Made by a program: the position numbers and the translations under genes. Positions 18,362 to 28,320 of a DNA stretch of 64,000 nt are shown piece by piece. The DNA comes from an uncultured Nitrososphaerales archaeon. GTDB lineage: Archaea > Thermoproteota > Nitrososphaeria > Nitrososphaerales > Gagatemarchaeaceae. The stretch is from contig OY970160.1 of assembly GCA_963706445.1 (NCBI GenBank), forward strand, positions 1,728,001-1,792,000, written 5' to 3'. The stretch's first letter is position 1, and every line of letters starts with the position of its first letter. The notes under the pieces are model-generated. The model was given only the letters and a program-made list of their open reading frames with translations. It did no database searches and was not told the origin of the DNA.

Positions 18362-19471
18362 TTACCTCTTCTGCCTCTTCCATCCGAATAGCTGCTCGTC
18401 GTAGAACGGGGGCTTCGATATGGTGCCCCCCTGCTGGGCCTCTCTGACCTTCACGCTAACCCGGGTGCCGAACTCCGAGCTTTCGGCGCTGATGCGGCAC
18501 AGTGCGATTCCTTTCCTGGTTATCGGGGAGAAGGTGCCGCTGGTTACCTCCCCGACGGACCCTGCTGGGCCATCGACTCCAAATCCATGCCTGGGTATCC
18601 CGGAGTCGAGGACGAGTCCTTTTCTGATTGTCCGCGGGCGCTGGACCTCGGGGTTCGCCAGGGCTTCGGAGCCGACGAAGCCTGTCTTGCCTGCGGAGAT
18701 GACCCAGGCGAGGTCGGCCTCGTAGGGGTCGGTGCTCTGGTCGATGTCTGACCCGTGCAAGGGGAAACCCGCTTCTAGCCTCAGGGAATCCCTCGCCCCT
18801 AGGCCGCAGGGAGCCGATGTTTCCGCCAGTTTCTCCCAGACCTTCACGGCCCCCTCGGGGCGGTCGTTGGTAGCCTGGTACACTATGACTTCGAAGCCGT
18901 CCTCCCCAGTGTACCCCGTCCGCGAAATCAGAGCGTGCTCCCCCGCGACCGTGGTCTCGGCGCACCTGAATCGCTTGAGCTGGCTCAGGTCAAGCTGGGT
19001 GAGAGTCTGTAGGGAGTCCTGAGCCCTGGGGCCCTGGACTGCTATCATGGCAGAACTGGGGGTGTGGTCTTCGATGTCGAGCCCATTCGGGGCGCGGGAG
19101 GCCATGTGGTTCATATCTGTCTGGGCGTTGGCTGCGTTCACGACCACCATGTACCTGTCCTCGGCCAACTTCTCAATGATCAGGTCGTCTATTATTCCTC
19201 CGCGGTCGTTGAGCAGGAGCGTGTAGAACGCCTTGGATAGCGGCTGGGACTGGACGTTGGTCGGGACGAGAGACTCGAGGAAACCAGATGCCTTGCCCCC
19301 CTTGACGGCGAACCTCCCCATGTGCGACACGTCGAATATCCCAGAAGCGTTCCTGACCGCGAGATGCTCTTCGACCGTGCTGGTGTACCAGAGAGGCATC
19401 TCGAATCCTGCGAACTCCGTGAGCTTGGAGTGCTTCGCGTGATAGTCGTGCAGCTGTGTCGTCCTCAACAT
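18362..19471 (-). CDS. gcvT: Glycine cleavage system aminomethyltransferase T
   Basis: GIFDVSHMG, SRTGYTGEDGFE, GLGARDSLRLEAG. Confidence 0.96.
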   Translation of the reverse strand: MLRTTQLHDYHAKHSKLTEFAGFEMPLWYTSTVEEHLAVRNASGIFDVSHMGRFAVKGGKASGFLESLVPTNVQSQPLSKAFYTLLLNDRGGIIDDLIIEKLAEDRYMVVVNAANAQTDMNHMASRAPNGLDIEDHTPSSAMIAVQGPRAQDSLQTLTQLDLSQLKRFRCAETTVAGEHALISRTGYTGEDGFEVIVYQATNDRPEGAVKVWEKLAETSAPCGLGARDSLRLEAGFPLHGSDIDQSTDPYEADLAWVISAGKTGFVGSEALANPEVQRPRTIRKGLVLDSGIPRHGFGVDGPAGSVGEVTSGTFSPITRKGIALCRISAESSEFGTRVSVKVREAQQGGTISKPPFYDEQLFGWKRQKR

Positions 19472-19512
19472 ATTATCGAGCGACGGCTGACTCTATTTAA
19501 GAGAGCAACGAC

Positions 19513-20295
19513 TTGGCTGAAGAATTGCTCATCCTCAGACCTATCCGGGTCCGCCCCAAGGATTCGGAGTTCGATGTGGTTGTGTTCATCGACGACCGGG
19601 TCGGAGGAGACCTGAAGGACGGGGACGTTCTTGTGATTTCGAGCAAGTTCCTCGCTGTCTCGGAGGGACGGGTGGTGAAGCTGAGCACCGTCCATGCTGG
19701 GGCGATGGCCATGGAGCTGGGACAAAGATATCGGATGGACCCAAGGTTATGCGAGCTCGTCCTTCGCGAGTCGGACGAACTCGTCGGAGGGATCCCGGGT
19801 TTCATACTGGGGACCAAGGACGGCCTGCTCACCCCCAACGCAGGCATCGACAAGTCGAACGTCAGGCATGGCAACGTAGTGCTCTACCCCCGGAGGCCGG
19901 AGGTCTCGGCGTGGAGGATCAGGGAAGCGCTCAGGTTCTCGAGGGGGGTGTCCGTGGGGGTGGTGGTCTGCGACAGCAGGCTCTCCCCCACGCGGCGGGG
20001 GACGACTGGCGTGGCCGTCGCGGCGTCAGGCATCGAGGCGGTCCTCGATATGCGGGGGCGCGCAGACCTCTTTGGAAATGTGCTCAAGGTGACGTCACAG
20101 GCTGTTGCAGACGACCTCAGCTCGGCTGCCGAGATTCTGATGGGGGAATCGGATGAAGCCACCCCCGTGGTCTTGGCAAGGGGACTTGACAGAGCTCTGA
20201 TGAAGGACGTGGAATATCCAGGCAAGAGGTTTGCGATTCCGTTGGGCGAGGACGTCTACCATCGGAGCCTTGGCGGCTCCGGGCGGATTGCGTAA
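19513..20295 (+). CDS. cofE: Coenzyme F420-0:L-glutamate ligase
   Basis: GDVLVISSKFLAVSEG, PNAGIDKSN, DLFGNVLKVT..AVADDL. Confidence 0.92.
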   Translation: MAEELLILRPIRVRPKDSEFDVVVFIDDRVGGDLKDGDVLVISSKFLAVSEGRVVKLSTVHAGAMAMELGQRYRMDPRLCELVLRESDELVGGIPGFILGTKDGLLTPNAGIDKSNVRHGNVVLYPRRPEVSAWRIREALRFSRGVSVGVVVCDSRLSPTRRGTTGVAVAASGIEAVLDMRGRADLFGNVLKVTSQAVADDLSSAAEILMGESDEATPVVLARGLDRALMKDVEYPGKRFAIPLGEDVYHRSLGGSGRIA

Positions 20296-20337
20296 CCCTG
20301 CATATGCCTAAATCCAAGCTCCCGGGCAGGGACGAGG

Positions 20338-20514
20338 TTGACCTACGAAATCGTTTGCTCATCGTGCGGAACTCCGCTCTACTCCGGGTTCGACCTGAGG
20401 TCCCCCGGAGACGTGCTCAAGGCCGCAGATTACAAATGCAGGAAATGCGGTGAGAAGCTGTCCCCCAACAAGTTTCAGGTGGAGGTCAGAAAGATAGACG
20501 GCTCATTTTCCTGA
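20338..20514 (+). CDS. Small zinc-ribbon protein (58 aa)
   Basis: Manually found: MTYEIVCSSCGTPLYSGFDLRSPGDVLKAADYKCRKCGEKL...; two CxxC pairs; below the ORF-track cutoff. Confidence 0.75.
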   Translation: MTYEIVCSSCGTPLYSGFDLRSPGDVLKAADYKCRKCGEKLSPNKFQVEVRKIDGSFS

Positions 20515-20553
20515 GATAGGCTAAAGTCCCCGTAGGTTTCCGGATTCGAGGTC

Positions 20554-22623
20554 GTGGTTAGAATGAGCCGTGGGTACACACTGGTCATCTGCGAGAAGCC
20601 TGACGCTGCCAGGAGGGTTTCTGACGCCCTTTCCGGCGGTTCCTCCCGGAACGAGCAGTTGGACGGGACGACTGTCTTCAGGTTCAGCAGGAAGGGGGAG
20701 GAGTACGTAGTCTGCTCGGCCCAGGGGCATGTGTATGGAGTGTCAGACCCAACGGACGAGAGGTCGGTCTATCCAGTGTTCGACGTCGAATGGTACTCGT
20801 CTGACCTGTTGGACGAAGACAGCGCCAACGCTGCGCGGAGGATTTCAGCCATCAAGAAACTCTCCTCTGAGGCTTCCAAATTCGTCAACGCCTGCGACTT
20901 CGACGTCGAAGGGGAGACCATCGGGTTCAATCTCCTCAGGTATGCCTGCGGGGGAAAGGAGAAGGATGCGCTCAGGGCGAGGTTCTCCACTTTGACCGAA
21001 GAAGATCTGGTCAAGGCGTTCGACGAACTCAGGCCCCTTCAGGGCCAAGGGTTCGCACGGGCGGGACGTGCGAGGCATGCCATCGACTTCGTCTGGGGGG
21101 TGAACCTTACGCGGGCGCTTTCGCAATCGGCGCTAGGTTCGGGGCATAGATACCAGACGGTCAGCGTGGGCCGGGTGCAGGGGCCGACCCTAGGTTTCCT
21201 TGTCCAGAGGGAACGGGAGAGCCGGGAGTTCGTCCCTGTCCCCCACTGGAAGGTCTCCGGGGTCTTCGAGAGGGATGGAAAGAAATTCACCGCTGCCTAC
21301 GTGGATGACAGAGTCGAGACCAAGGCCGTAGCAGATGCCATCCGCACAGAATGTGTGGGCCGGGAGGCGGTGGCCGACGCGGTGCGGAAGAGTTCCGTCC
21401 AGGTCGGATCCCCGGTACCTTTCAACATCGGCGACCTCCAGAAGGAGGCCTACAGGCAGTTTGGGTACACGCCGAGCAGGACCCTGCAGATCGCTGAAAG
21501 GCTCTATCTTTCCGCGCTCATATCGTACCCCCGCACGGGGAGCCAGAGGCTGCCGCCGTCAATAGGGTACTCGAAGATCCTGCAGAACCTAGGAGGGATC
21601 CCAGAGTACTCGGCCCTGGTCCCGGAGCTCCTGAGGGGTCAGCCCAAGCCGGTCCAAGGACCAAAGGAAGACGCCGCGCACCCCGCCATCCATCCCACGG
21701 GGGAGAGACCGAAGCGCGCCCTCGACGCTTCCGAGGCCTCGGTGTTCGACCTCGTGGCGAGGAGGTTCCTGGCCGCCTTCGGGCCTTCGGCGCGCAGGGA
21801 ATTGGCCGAAGTCTCGTTATCAGTGGGAGGGCGCGGGTTCAGGCTCTCGGGGGGACGGACGGTCTTCCCAGGATGGATGAAGTTCTATGGGAAGTACGCG
21901 GGGTACAGGGACGTCGAACTACTGCCCATCGCTCGGGGGGACCGGTTCCGGGTGGTTGATGTGCCGGTGGAAGAGAGGTTCGAACAGAGGCCACCGAAGT
22001 ACAACCAGAGCAGCCTCCTTGAGAAGATGGAAAAAGAAGGCATCGGGACCAAGGCGACCCGGGCCGAGATAATCTCCACCCTGGTGGGACGAGGTTACGT
22101 CGCGGGGGAGAGCATGGAGGTGACGGATCTGGGGCTTTCGGTGGTCGAAACCATGGGGAAATACGCACCTTCGATCATTAGCACCGGGCTGACGAAGAAC
22201 ATCGAAGAGAAACTGGAGGCCGTCGAAGGAGGGGCCGAGGGAGAGGCTGCTCTCCTAAGGGAGACCGTCAGGTCGATAGCGGACCAGGTAGGAGAGCTGA
22301 GCGCCAACGAGGAGGCGGTGGGGAAGGAGATTGACTCCGCCCTGATGAGCACCGCGGCCAGGTCGTTCGTCCTCGGCCGGTGCCCCGTCTGCAAGACAGG
22401 CGAGCTCAGGATCATCAGGTCGAAGACGACCAAGAAGCGGTTCGTGGGCTGTTCGAACTATCCGACGGGGTGCCGGGCCTCGGCACCTCTCCCCCAGAAA
22501 GGCACCGTCAAACCGACGAATAGGGCCTGCGAGCACTGTTCGTGGCCTGTCGTCTATGTCGTGGGGGGAAGGCGTCCATGGAAGCTGTGTGTGAATCCAG
22601 AGTGCCCGGGGAAGAAGAAATGA
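20554..22623 (+). CDS. topA: DNA topoisomerase type IA
   Basis: TOPRIM ICEKP, ACDFDVEGE, SVGRVQGPTL, catalytic ISYPRT, C-terminal Zn ribbons. Confidence 0.96.
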   Translation: MVRMSRGYTLVICEKPDAARRVSDALSGGSSRNEQLDGTTVFRFSRKGEEYVVCSAQGHVYGVSDPTDERSVYPVFDVEWYSSDLLDEDSANAARRISAIKKLSSEASKFVNACDFDVEGETIGFNLLRYACGGKEKDALRARFSTLTEEDLVKAFDELRPLQGQGFARAGRARHAIDFVWGVNLTRALSQSALGSGHRYQTVSVGRVQGPTLGFLVQRERESREFVPVPHWKVSGVFERDGKKFTAAYVDDRVETKAVADAIRTECVGREAVADAVRKSSVQVGSPVPFNIGDLQKEAYRQFGYTPSRTLQIAERLYLSALISYPRTGSQRLPPSIGYSKILQNLGGIPEYSALVPELLRGQPKPVQGPKEDAAHPAIHPTGERPKRALDASEASVFDLVARRFLAAFGPSARRELAEVSLSVGGRGFRLSGGRTVFPGWMKFYGKYAGYRDVELLPIARGDRFRVVDVPVEERFEQRPPKYNQSSLLEKMEKEGIGTKATRAEIISTLVGRGYVAGESMEVTDLGLSVVETMGKYAPSIISTGLTKNIEEKLEAVEGGAEGEAALLRETVRSIADQVGELSANEEAVGKEIDSALMSTAARSFVLGRCPVCKTGELRIIRSKTTKKRFVGCSNYPTGCRASAPLPQKGTVKPTNRACEHCSWPVVYVVGGRRPWKLCVNPECPGKKK

Positions 22624-22823
22624 AGTGCACCATATGCCGGAGGGAGGCGGTCGCTGACCTCTGTGCCTATCATACCGAAGCCCGGGAGAAGGTGAAGGGG
22701 GCCTATCCGGCGTGGGTGAAGGCCTATGGTAGGATCGAATGGGAAGACTATTTGGATAAGGTTAAGCGTAACGTTCAAACGGGCCAATGGGCAAAGGAGA
22801 TAGCCGAGCTTCTCAAAGGGTGA
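22620..22823 (+). CDS. Small Cys/His-containing hypothetical protein
   Basis: MKCTICRREAVADLCAYH...; ATGA overlap with topA. Confidence 0.7.
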   Translation: MKCTICRREAVADLCAYHTEAREKVKGAYPAWVKAYGRIEWEDYLDKVKRNVQTGQWAKEIAELLKG

Positions 22824-22827
22824 TTAG

Positions 22828-23235
22828 ATGCTAAGAACAGTGTTGGAATCAGCGTACAAACGGACGGTGGGAGCCGTGAAGGACTCCTTCATGAGGTTCG
22901 TCTCATCGATAACCAGGGGAGGCGGCCTCGTCGAGGCCCTGTACGTGATACTCCTCGTGGCGCTGATGGCAGGCTTCATCAACGCTGTGGTCTTCCCTGT
23001 GCCTAACCAGAGCTACATCCCGTATCCCCAGGCAGGCGCCATGACGATACCCGAGGCCATACTCGATGCCTTTGTCATAGTCATAGGAGGGGCGGGAATC
23101 TATCTCGTCTATCTGAGTGGAAGGCAGACTGCCAGGAGCAGGACGGTCAATATGTATCTGGGGATGGCCCTGCTTCTTCTGGTGGCGTCCATCTTCATAG
23201 GCATAGACATGGCGCAGCTCAAGGGATTCGGGTAG
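22828..23235 (+). CDS. 3-TM membrane protein, probable OST3/OST6-OSTC(DC2)-like
   Basis: Three TM helices; AGFINAVVFP..; MTIPEAILDAFVIVIGGAGIYLV resembles the OSTC/OST3-6 'GG.i...i..pP...Qy..Eg....l...gg.G' pattern. Confidence 0.55.
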   Translation: MLRTVLESAYKRTVGAVKDSFMRFVSSITRGGGLVEALYVILLVALMAGFINAVVFPVPNQSYIPYPQAGAMTIPEAILDAFVIVIGGAGIYLVYLSGRQTARSRTVNMYLGMALLLLVASIFIGIDMAQLKGFG

Positions 23236-23821
23236 AGAAAACTCCCCCCGGCCAAGCGGAGCCTTTTTCGCATCTGACGACTAGCTCGCTTCCCCTTACG
23301 GCGACGGAAGCGGTCACGTCAGAGAGCCCCGATATCGACCTGCCAGTACCTCTCCGAAAGAAGCCTTCCCGTCTGTACATGGTCATGATTACTGTCTTGC
23401 CGTTGGTCTTCGCCAGGTACGACAGGCTCGCCACTGCGAACGCCAGCTTCCTGCTGCGCGAGCTCCCCTCGTCCTTGGAGATCAGGTGGTAGAGGCTGTT
23501 CAGACTGTCCACGATGATGATCTTCTGCTGAAGCTCGAAAAGCGCCGAGAACTCGTTCTCCAAGTCTGACCCGGGTTCGGGGACCCTCAGAACAGATGAT
23601 TTGGCAGCCGCACCACCGAGGGCGGAGAATATCAGATCCGAATCTGATGAATAGAAGGCGTCCAAGTCGAGGACGGCACAGCCGCTGCTGGCCGCAGATA
23701 ACAGGCCCATGACGGTGCGGGCGAACTGGATGTTGGCCTCTCTCCCGTCCACGAGAAAGGTCGTCGTCTTGCCTTTCAGGGGGCCGAAGAACGAACTGGT
23801 CTGCTCCCCGCTAAAACTCAT
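23219..23821 (-). CDS. Degenerate RecA/RadA/KaiC-fold protein
   Basis: Walker B-like IIIVDSLNSLY; LSYLAKTNGKTVIMT; Walker A lost. Confidence 0.55.
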   Translation of the reverse strand: MSFSGEQTSSFFGPLKGKTTTFLVDGREANIQFARTVMGLLSAASSGCAVLDLDAFYSSDSDLIFSALGGAAAKSSVLRVPEPGSDLENEFSALFELQQKIIIVDSLNSLYHLISKDEGSSRSRKLAFAVASLSYLAKTNGKTVIMTMYRREGFFRRGTGRSISGLSDVTASVAVRGSELVVRCEKGSAWPGGVFSTRIP

Positions 23822-23833
23822 TAGGCGAGCCAG

Positions 23834-24478
23834 GTGTCAGGTCTTCGATATTTCAAAGTGAGCCGTATATGCGTGGCCACAACCAAGGCCAGGGCCTACT
23901 ACGCCCTCGTGTCGAGGCTGAGGAGGGCAGAGCTCCCTTTCTCTAGCGCGCTTCCTGACTCGGGAATCCGCGACTGCGACATCGTGTTGACCACCGCCGA
24001 GGAGGCGGGCAGGTTCGGGGACCGTGCGGTCGCCCTCGAGGACTTGGACGAGAACCCTGGTATTTTCAAGGGACAGGTGGTGTCACGGCTGACCGGTGCA
24101 GGGGACGTAATCCTAGTCGGGGTCGACCCCGGGAAGAGGACCGGCCTGGCGGTCTTCTACGGCCAAACGAAGCTTGCTTTCAACACGTTCGATTCTGTCG
24201 GGGCGGTCTGCTCCAGGGTCGGCGCCTTCGCCAGGGGGGTCCCTTCGAGCAGGCTCCTAGTGAGGGTGGGGAACGGGAACAGGTCCATGGCTACGAGGCT
24301 GGTGGAGGGGCTGAAGCGGGAGGTCCCAAGCTCGACCATAGAGGTGGTGGACGAGTCAGGGACATCGACGGGGAGCTCGAAGATGAAGGGGGTCCAGCGA
24401 GACCAAGTGGCCGCCGCAAAGATCGCCTTCCGAAAGGGAGAGGTGGTCAGCCATGGGACGACCAGAAATCGCGGCTGA
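23834..24478 (+). CDS. Hypothetical protein with RNase H-like (YqgF/RuvC-like) C-terminal domain
   Basis: ILVGVDPGKRTGLAV; EVVDESGTS; RDQVAAAKIA. Confidence 0.65.
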   Translation: MSGLRYFKVSRICVATTKARAYYALVSRLRRAELPFSSALPDSGIRDCDIVLTTAEEAGRFGDRAVALEDLDENPGIFKGQVVSRLTGAGDVILVGVDPGKRTGLAVFYGQTKLAFNTFDSVGAVCSRVGAFARGVPSSRLLVRVGNGNRSMATRLVEGLKREVPSSTIEVVDESGTSTGSSKMKGVQRDQVAAAKIAFRKGEVVSHGTTRNRG

Positions 24479-26303
24479 GCGACTCGATGCTATTTGGGGT
24501 CATGTCCCCGACCACGAGGTCTTTCTTCAGCCAGGACGGCATCAGATCCCGGGCAGCCTGCGAGCCGAACCTCTCGTCGAAGAAGAAGACCAGCCCCCGT
24601 TTTCCCGGACTCCGCACGTGCCTTCCGGCGGCCTGGAAGGCCTTACGAAGGGCTGGAAGGCGCGAGAGCATGAGGTAAGAGTCTCCCTCTCCAGCCCTCT
24701 TCAGACACGCATACTCTGCGTGCATCATGGGGGATGGAGGCGGGAGCGCCAGCCCCACCACTGCTATCGAACCCATCATCCCGCCCTCGAAGTCCTCCCC
24801 CTCGGAGAACCGTCCGCCCTGGACGCCGAATAGTACCGATTCATCGGATGACCTGAACGAGTCGAACAGCTCCTCGACCTTGTCGTTCGTGAGCCCCGGT
24901 GCCTCGGAGACCATCAGTCGGCCTGATACCCTCTTCGACACCATCACAGAGATGGGGGCCAAGACCGAATATGAGGGCGCGAATATCCCCACCCCCGCAT
25001 CCGTCGATTTGATCATAGCTGCCAGCCTGTCGGAAATCTTGGAGTACATTTCCGGGGTCCTCTGCTTATAGCGGGTGGACGTGCCGGTGTCCACCGCCGT
25101 CTTCACTTCCACCAGTGACTCTGCGGAAGCGTCGTATGTCTTCACCATCTCGGGGGTCAACCCCAGAGACCTGGCAAAAACCGAGGATGGGTTGACGGTG
25201 GCGGACAGGAGCACGCAGCTCTTGAACCGGGCCAGGTAATCGGCCAAGTTCCTTACCGGGTCGTGGTCGACCAGGCCGAGGGTGTTCTCCCACTTCACCA
25301 AGACGGACCGGCTCGATGTGGATAGCTTCACCAAGAACTCCCCGACGCGTAGTATGAGCGATAGTAGCCTCCTCTCGAAAGTTATCGACCCCCAGGCGGC
25401 TCCGGAACTCGCGCTCAGTTCGAAGGCCAGATTCTGGAGCCACACGGTCCCATGGTCGTCGCGGAACCGCTCCATGACATGGGCCCTGTCGAGGAGCCAC
25501 CCCTGGTGCTCCGCCATCAACTGCTCCAGGGTGGTAAGGAGCGATGTGAGGGAGAGCGCCGCGTCCATCAGCAGGGCCTTGGCCTCTCTGACGGCACCGC
25601 GCACCTAGTCGAGAGTCAGAGTGGCCGAGTTCATGCTTCTGAAGAAGTCGCGTATGTTGTGCGCCTCGTCGGCAATGAGAATCGTCCTCGGTATCTCGAC
25701 GGAGTTCCTGTCGAAAAGGACGGCCATGGCCCTGGGGTCGAAGGCATACTGGTAGGGGACGACGGCGACGGCGGCCTGGGCCATGGCCACCCTGGCGACT
25801 TCGTAAGGGCACACGTAGGCTTCCTCCGACTTCCTGATTAGCTCGGAGTGGCGGGGGGTCCTAAGGAGCGACTCCCCGACGAGTCGGCCGAAGTCTTCTG
25901 ATAGGGTGACGTTGAGGAAGTATGAGCAGAGGTTGTTGCTGACATTGAATGAACAGTACCACCCGAAGGATTCCTGTGGGACGATCCTCTGACGGCGCAA
26001 GAGGCAGTAGTCGTACTTCGACAGCATCGGAGCGGCGCGGAAAGGGTGCCTCCCCTGGAGCCTGGAAATCTCGTCGACCACCCGGAAGATCTGCCGTTTC
26101 GTCCTGCAAGTGTAGACAATCCTGCAGCCCGTCTCTTCGGCAGCTGACAGAGCTCCTGCGAGCACGGCGGCAGTCTTGCCGAACCCGCTCATCGCCTCGG
26201 CGATGAGAATCTCCCCTTCGGCGCATGCGCGATACACGTGGTGGGCCAGCTCCTCCTGACCCGGGCGAAAGGACTCGTAGGCGAACCTGCTCTGTATGTC
26301 CAC
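24447..26303 (-). pseudogene. XPD/Rad3/DinG-family Fe-S helicase interrupted by an in-frame TAG (25605-25607)
   Basis: N-half: FRPGQ Q motif, AMSGFGKT Walker A, Cys cluster, VCPYE, IADEAHN. C-half in the same frame: LLSAT, GGRFSEGEDF, QAAGRHVR. Confidence 0.8.
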
Positions 26304-26339
26304 AGGCTAGGAGTCGGGCCCGCTATTTTACTCCCCGTA

Positions 26340-27629
26340 TCAGATGCCGATGTGGGAGGCGAAGGCTTCGTCCTTGAAGAGCAGGGATGTGGCCTTCTCG
26401 ACGGCTGCCCTGTTCTCCGGTGTGGTGTACACGCGGAGGACGTCCATGAAGCCAGCGATGGAACCTACCAGGGGGAGCTTCTCCAAGGGCACCGCCTTGA
26501 CGACCCGCCTGTTCCCCTCGGCCCTGAACAGCGCCACCGATGTGAGGACCTCTTTGGTGTAGGTGTAGGGGACGGAGGGTGTCGTGGGGACGTCAAGGTA
26601 TACGTGGTGGGAGTCGACCTTTGCTGTTTTCGCTATTTCAGAGACAGCTCGGGTCCGCGCCCCCTCGTCGGCGAATATCCGTTCTACCATCCGGCCCTTC
26701 CTCTGGAGGACCTTCTCAAAGGCGCACTTGACCAGCCTTCTTTCTTGGAAGTCTATGGCTAGCTTCTTGGCCTCCTTTAGCTCAGATGTGGAGGCCTTCA
26801 GGTTGATGAGCCGGTGGATAACGACCTCGTCTGTGAGCTCCAAGTATCTCTCGATGTCGGACAGGTCGGTCAGCCCCAGAGAACTGTCTGCTAGCTTCAT
26901 CGAGTGTGCCAGCATCAGCTCCGCTGCTCTGACCGTCCTGTGAAAGTAGACGGCCTTGAACATCTCGTAGCGGGCGAGGAGTAGAGCCTCGTAGGCGTAG
27001 AGGGCCGCGTCGTCTATCACCAGATGCCCACCGGCGACGTGGAGCGAGTTGATCACCCTCTGTGTGTCTACCTTGCCGTACTCCACCCCCGTGAAGTAAG
27101 AGTCCCGGGGGAGGTAGTCCATCATGTCAGCGCTCAGGCTTCCCGCTATGATCTCGTTCATGAACGGAGGCTTCGACTTCTGTCTGCCGACTGCGAAGTC
27201 GGACATCTTCTTGGAGGAGAATCCGTTCTTTTCGAGTATGTCGCTGATGGACGTCTCGAGGATGACCCGTTTAGAAATGTCTTCGTGCGACACCTCGCCG
27301 TTGTCAGAAAGGACCTCCTCGTACATGTGGGAGAAGGGCCCGTGACCCACGTCGTGCAGTAGGGCGGCGATCCTTGTCTCCTGGACGGCGTCCTTGTCCA
27401 TTTCAGAGGCCAGAGACTCGGCTATCTGCCCGGCCACGTGCATCGCCCCGACGACGTGGTCGAATCGCGTGTGCGTCGCTCCCGGATAGACGAGGTATGA
27501 GCCTGCGAGTTGGTGTATGCGCCTGAGCCTCTGCAGGAACGGAGAGTCGATGAGCTGTCGTTCGACTTCGGTCATCCGGACGTATCCGTGGACTGGGTCC
27601 CTGATCTCTGCGACAGGAGAGAGCGCCAA
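26340..27629 (-). CDS. HD-domain phosphohydrolase (dNTP triphosphohydrolase / SAMHD1-like)
   Basis: IRDPVHG, QRLRRIHQL, HTRFDH, LLHDVGHGPFSH, DMMDYL, VYFHRT. Confidence 0.92.
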   Translation of the reverse strand: MALSPVAEIRDPVHGYVRMTEVERQLIDSPFLQRLRRIHQLAGSYLVYPGATHTRFDHVVGAMHVAGQIAESLASEMDKDAVQETRIAALLHDVGHGPFSHMYEEVLSDNGEVSHEDISKRVILETSISDILEKNGFSSKKMSDFAVGRQKSKPPFMNEIIAGSLSADMMDYLPRDSYFTGVEYGKVDTQRVINSLHVAGGHLVIDDAALYAYEALLLARYEMFKAVYFHRTVRAAELMLAHSMKLADSSLGLTDLSDIERYLELTDEVVIHRLINLKASTSELKEAKKLAIDFQERRLVKCAFEKVLQRKGRMVERIFADEGARTRAVSEIAKTAKVDSHHVYLDVPTTPSVPYTYTKEVLTSVALFRAEGNRRVVKAVPLEKLPLVGSIAGFMDVLRVYTTPENRAAVEKATSLLFKDEAFASHIGI

Positions 27630-27678
27630 CCCTGCTTTACGGGCCCCTCAGGCGTCTTAAACGGTTCTGTGTGTCAGG

Positions 27679-28284
27679 CTAGACCTTCGTTTCAAGGGCC
27701 TTCGAGACCGCCAGGGAGACCGACCTGCTGGTCTCTTCGATTCTCCCTCCGGCATCGACCACCGTCCAGCCGAACTTCTCCGCCAGTTCAAGGTACGCTC
27801 CTCTCGCCTTCTCCTGGAGGCAGAGGTTCCTTTCATACGAATCCTTCCTGTCCCCCCTTCTTGGGATGAGTTTGGCGGGTTGGGCGTTTAGGAGGATGAC
27901 TAGATCCGGCTCAGGGAGGCCTTCCTCAAGGTGCAGGAGCCACTCAAGCTGCAGTCCGCTGCTGACCCCGTAGGCGAGGTTGGATCCTGAGTACCTGTCC
28001 ACTATGGTGGCGTCCGTGTCAGACAGGATTGCCTCCAGTTCCCCCTTCTTCTCCCACCTGTTGGCAGCATAGAGCATCGCCCTCACTTCCGGGGGGTAGA
28101 TGACTGTGCCCGCCAGGAATTTCCTAATCTCCTTCCCGATGGTGGTCTCGTACGCAGGGAAAGAAATCGTCCTCGTGGTCAGGTCCTTCGAGCCGAGCCA
28201 GGCCTTCAGGATGGAGGTCTGGGTCCTCTTGCCCACGGCGTCTATCCCCTCGATGGCGATGAAGAGTCCCCTCCTCCGGCTCAT
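27679..28284 (-). CDS. tmk: Thymidylate kinase
   Basis: IEGIDAVGKRTQ, LYAANRWE, IVDRYSGS, LPEPDLV. Confidence 0.93.
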   Translation of the reverse strand: MSRRRGLFIAIEGIDAVGKRTQTSILKAWLGSKDLTTRTISFPAYETTIGKEIRKFLAGTVIYPPEVRAMLYAANRWEKKGELEAILSDTDATIVDRYSGSNLAYGVSSGLQLEWLLHLEEGLPEPDLVILLNAQPAKLIPRRGDRKDSYERNLCLQEKARGAYLELAEKFGWTVVDAGGRIEETSRSVSLAVSKALETKV

Positions 28285-28320
28285 GGCCGCCGTCCTTGGT
28301 ACAGCGTCTAAATCCGTTTC

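Noticed and set aside
25605-25607. Genome-wide amber (pyrrolysine) recoding
   Set aside because: Numerous genes (e.g. cdc6, csl4, tfs, tmk) end with TAG at their expected C-termini; no pyl genes in the window
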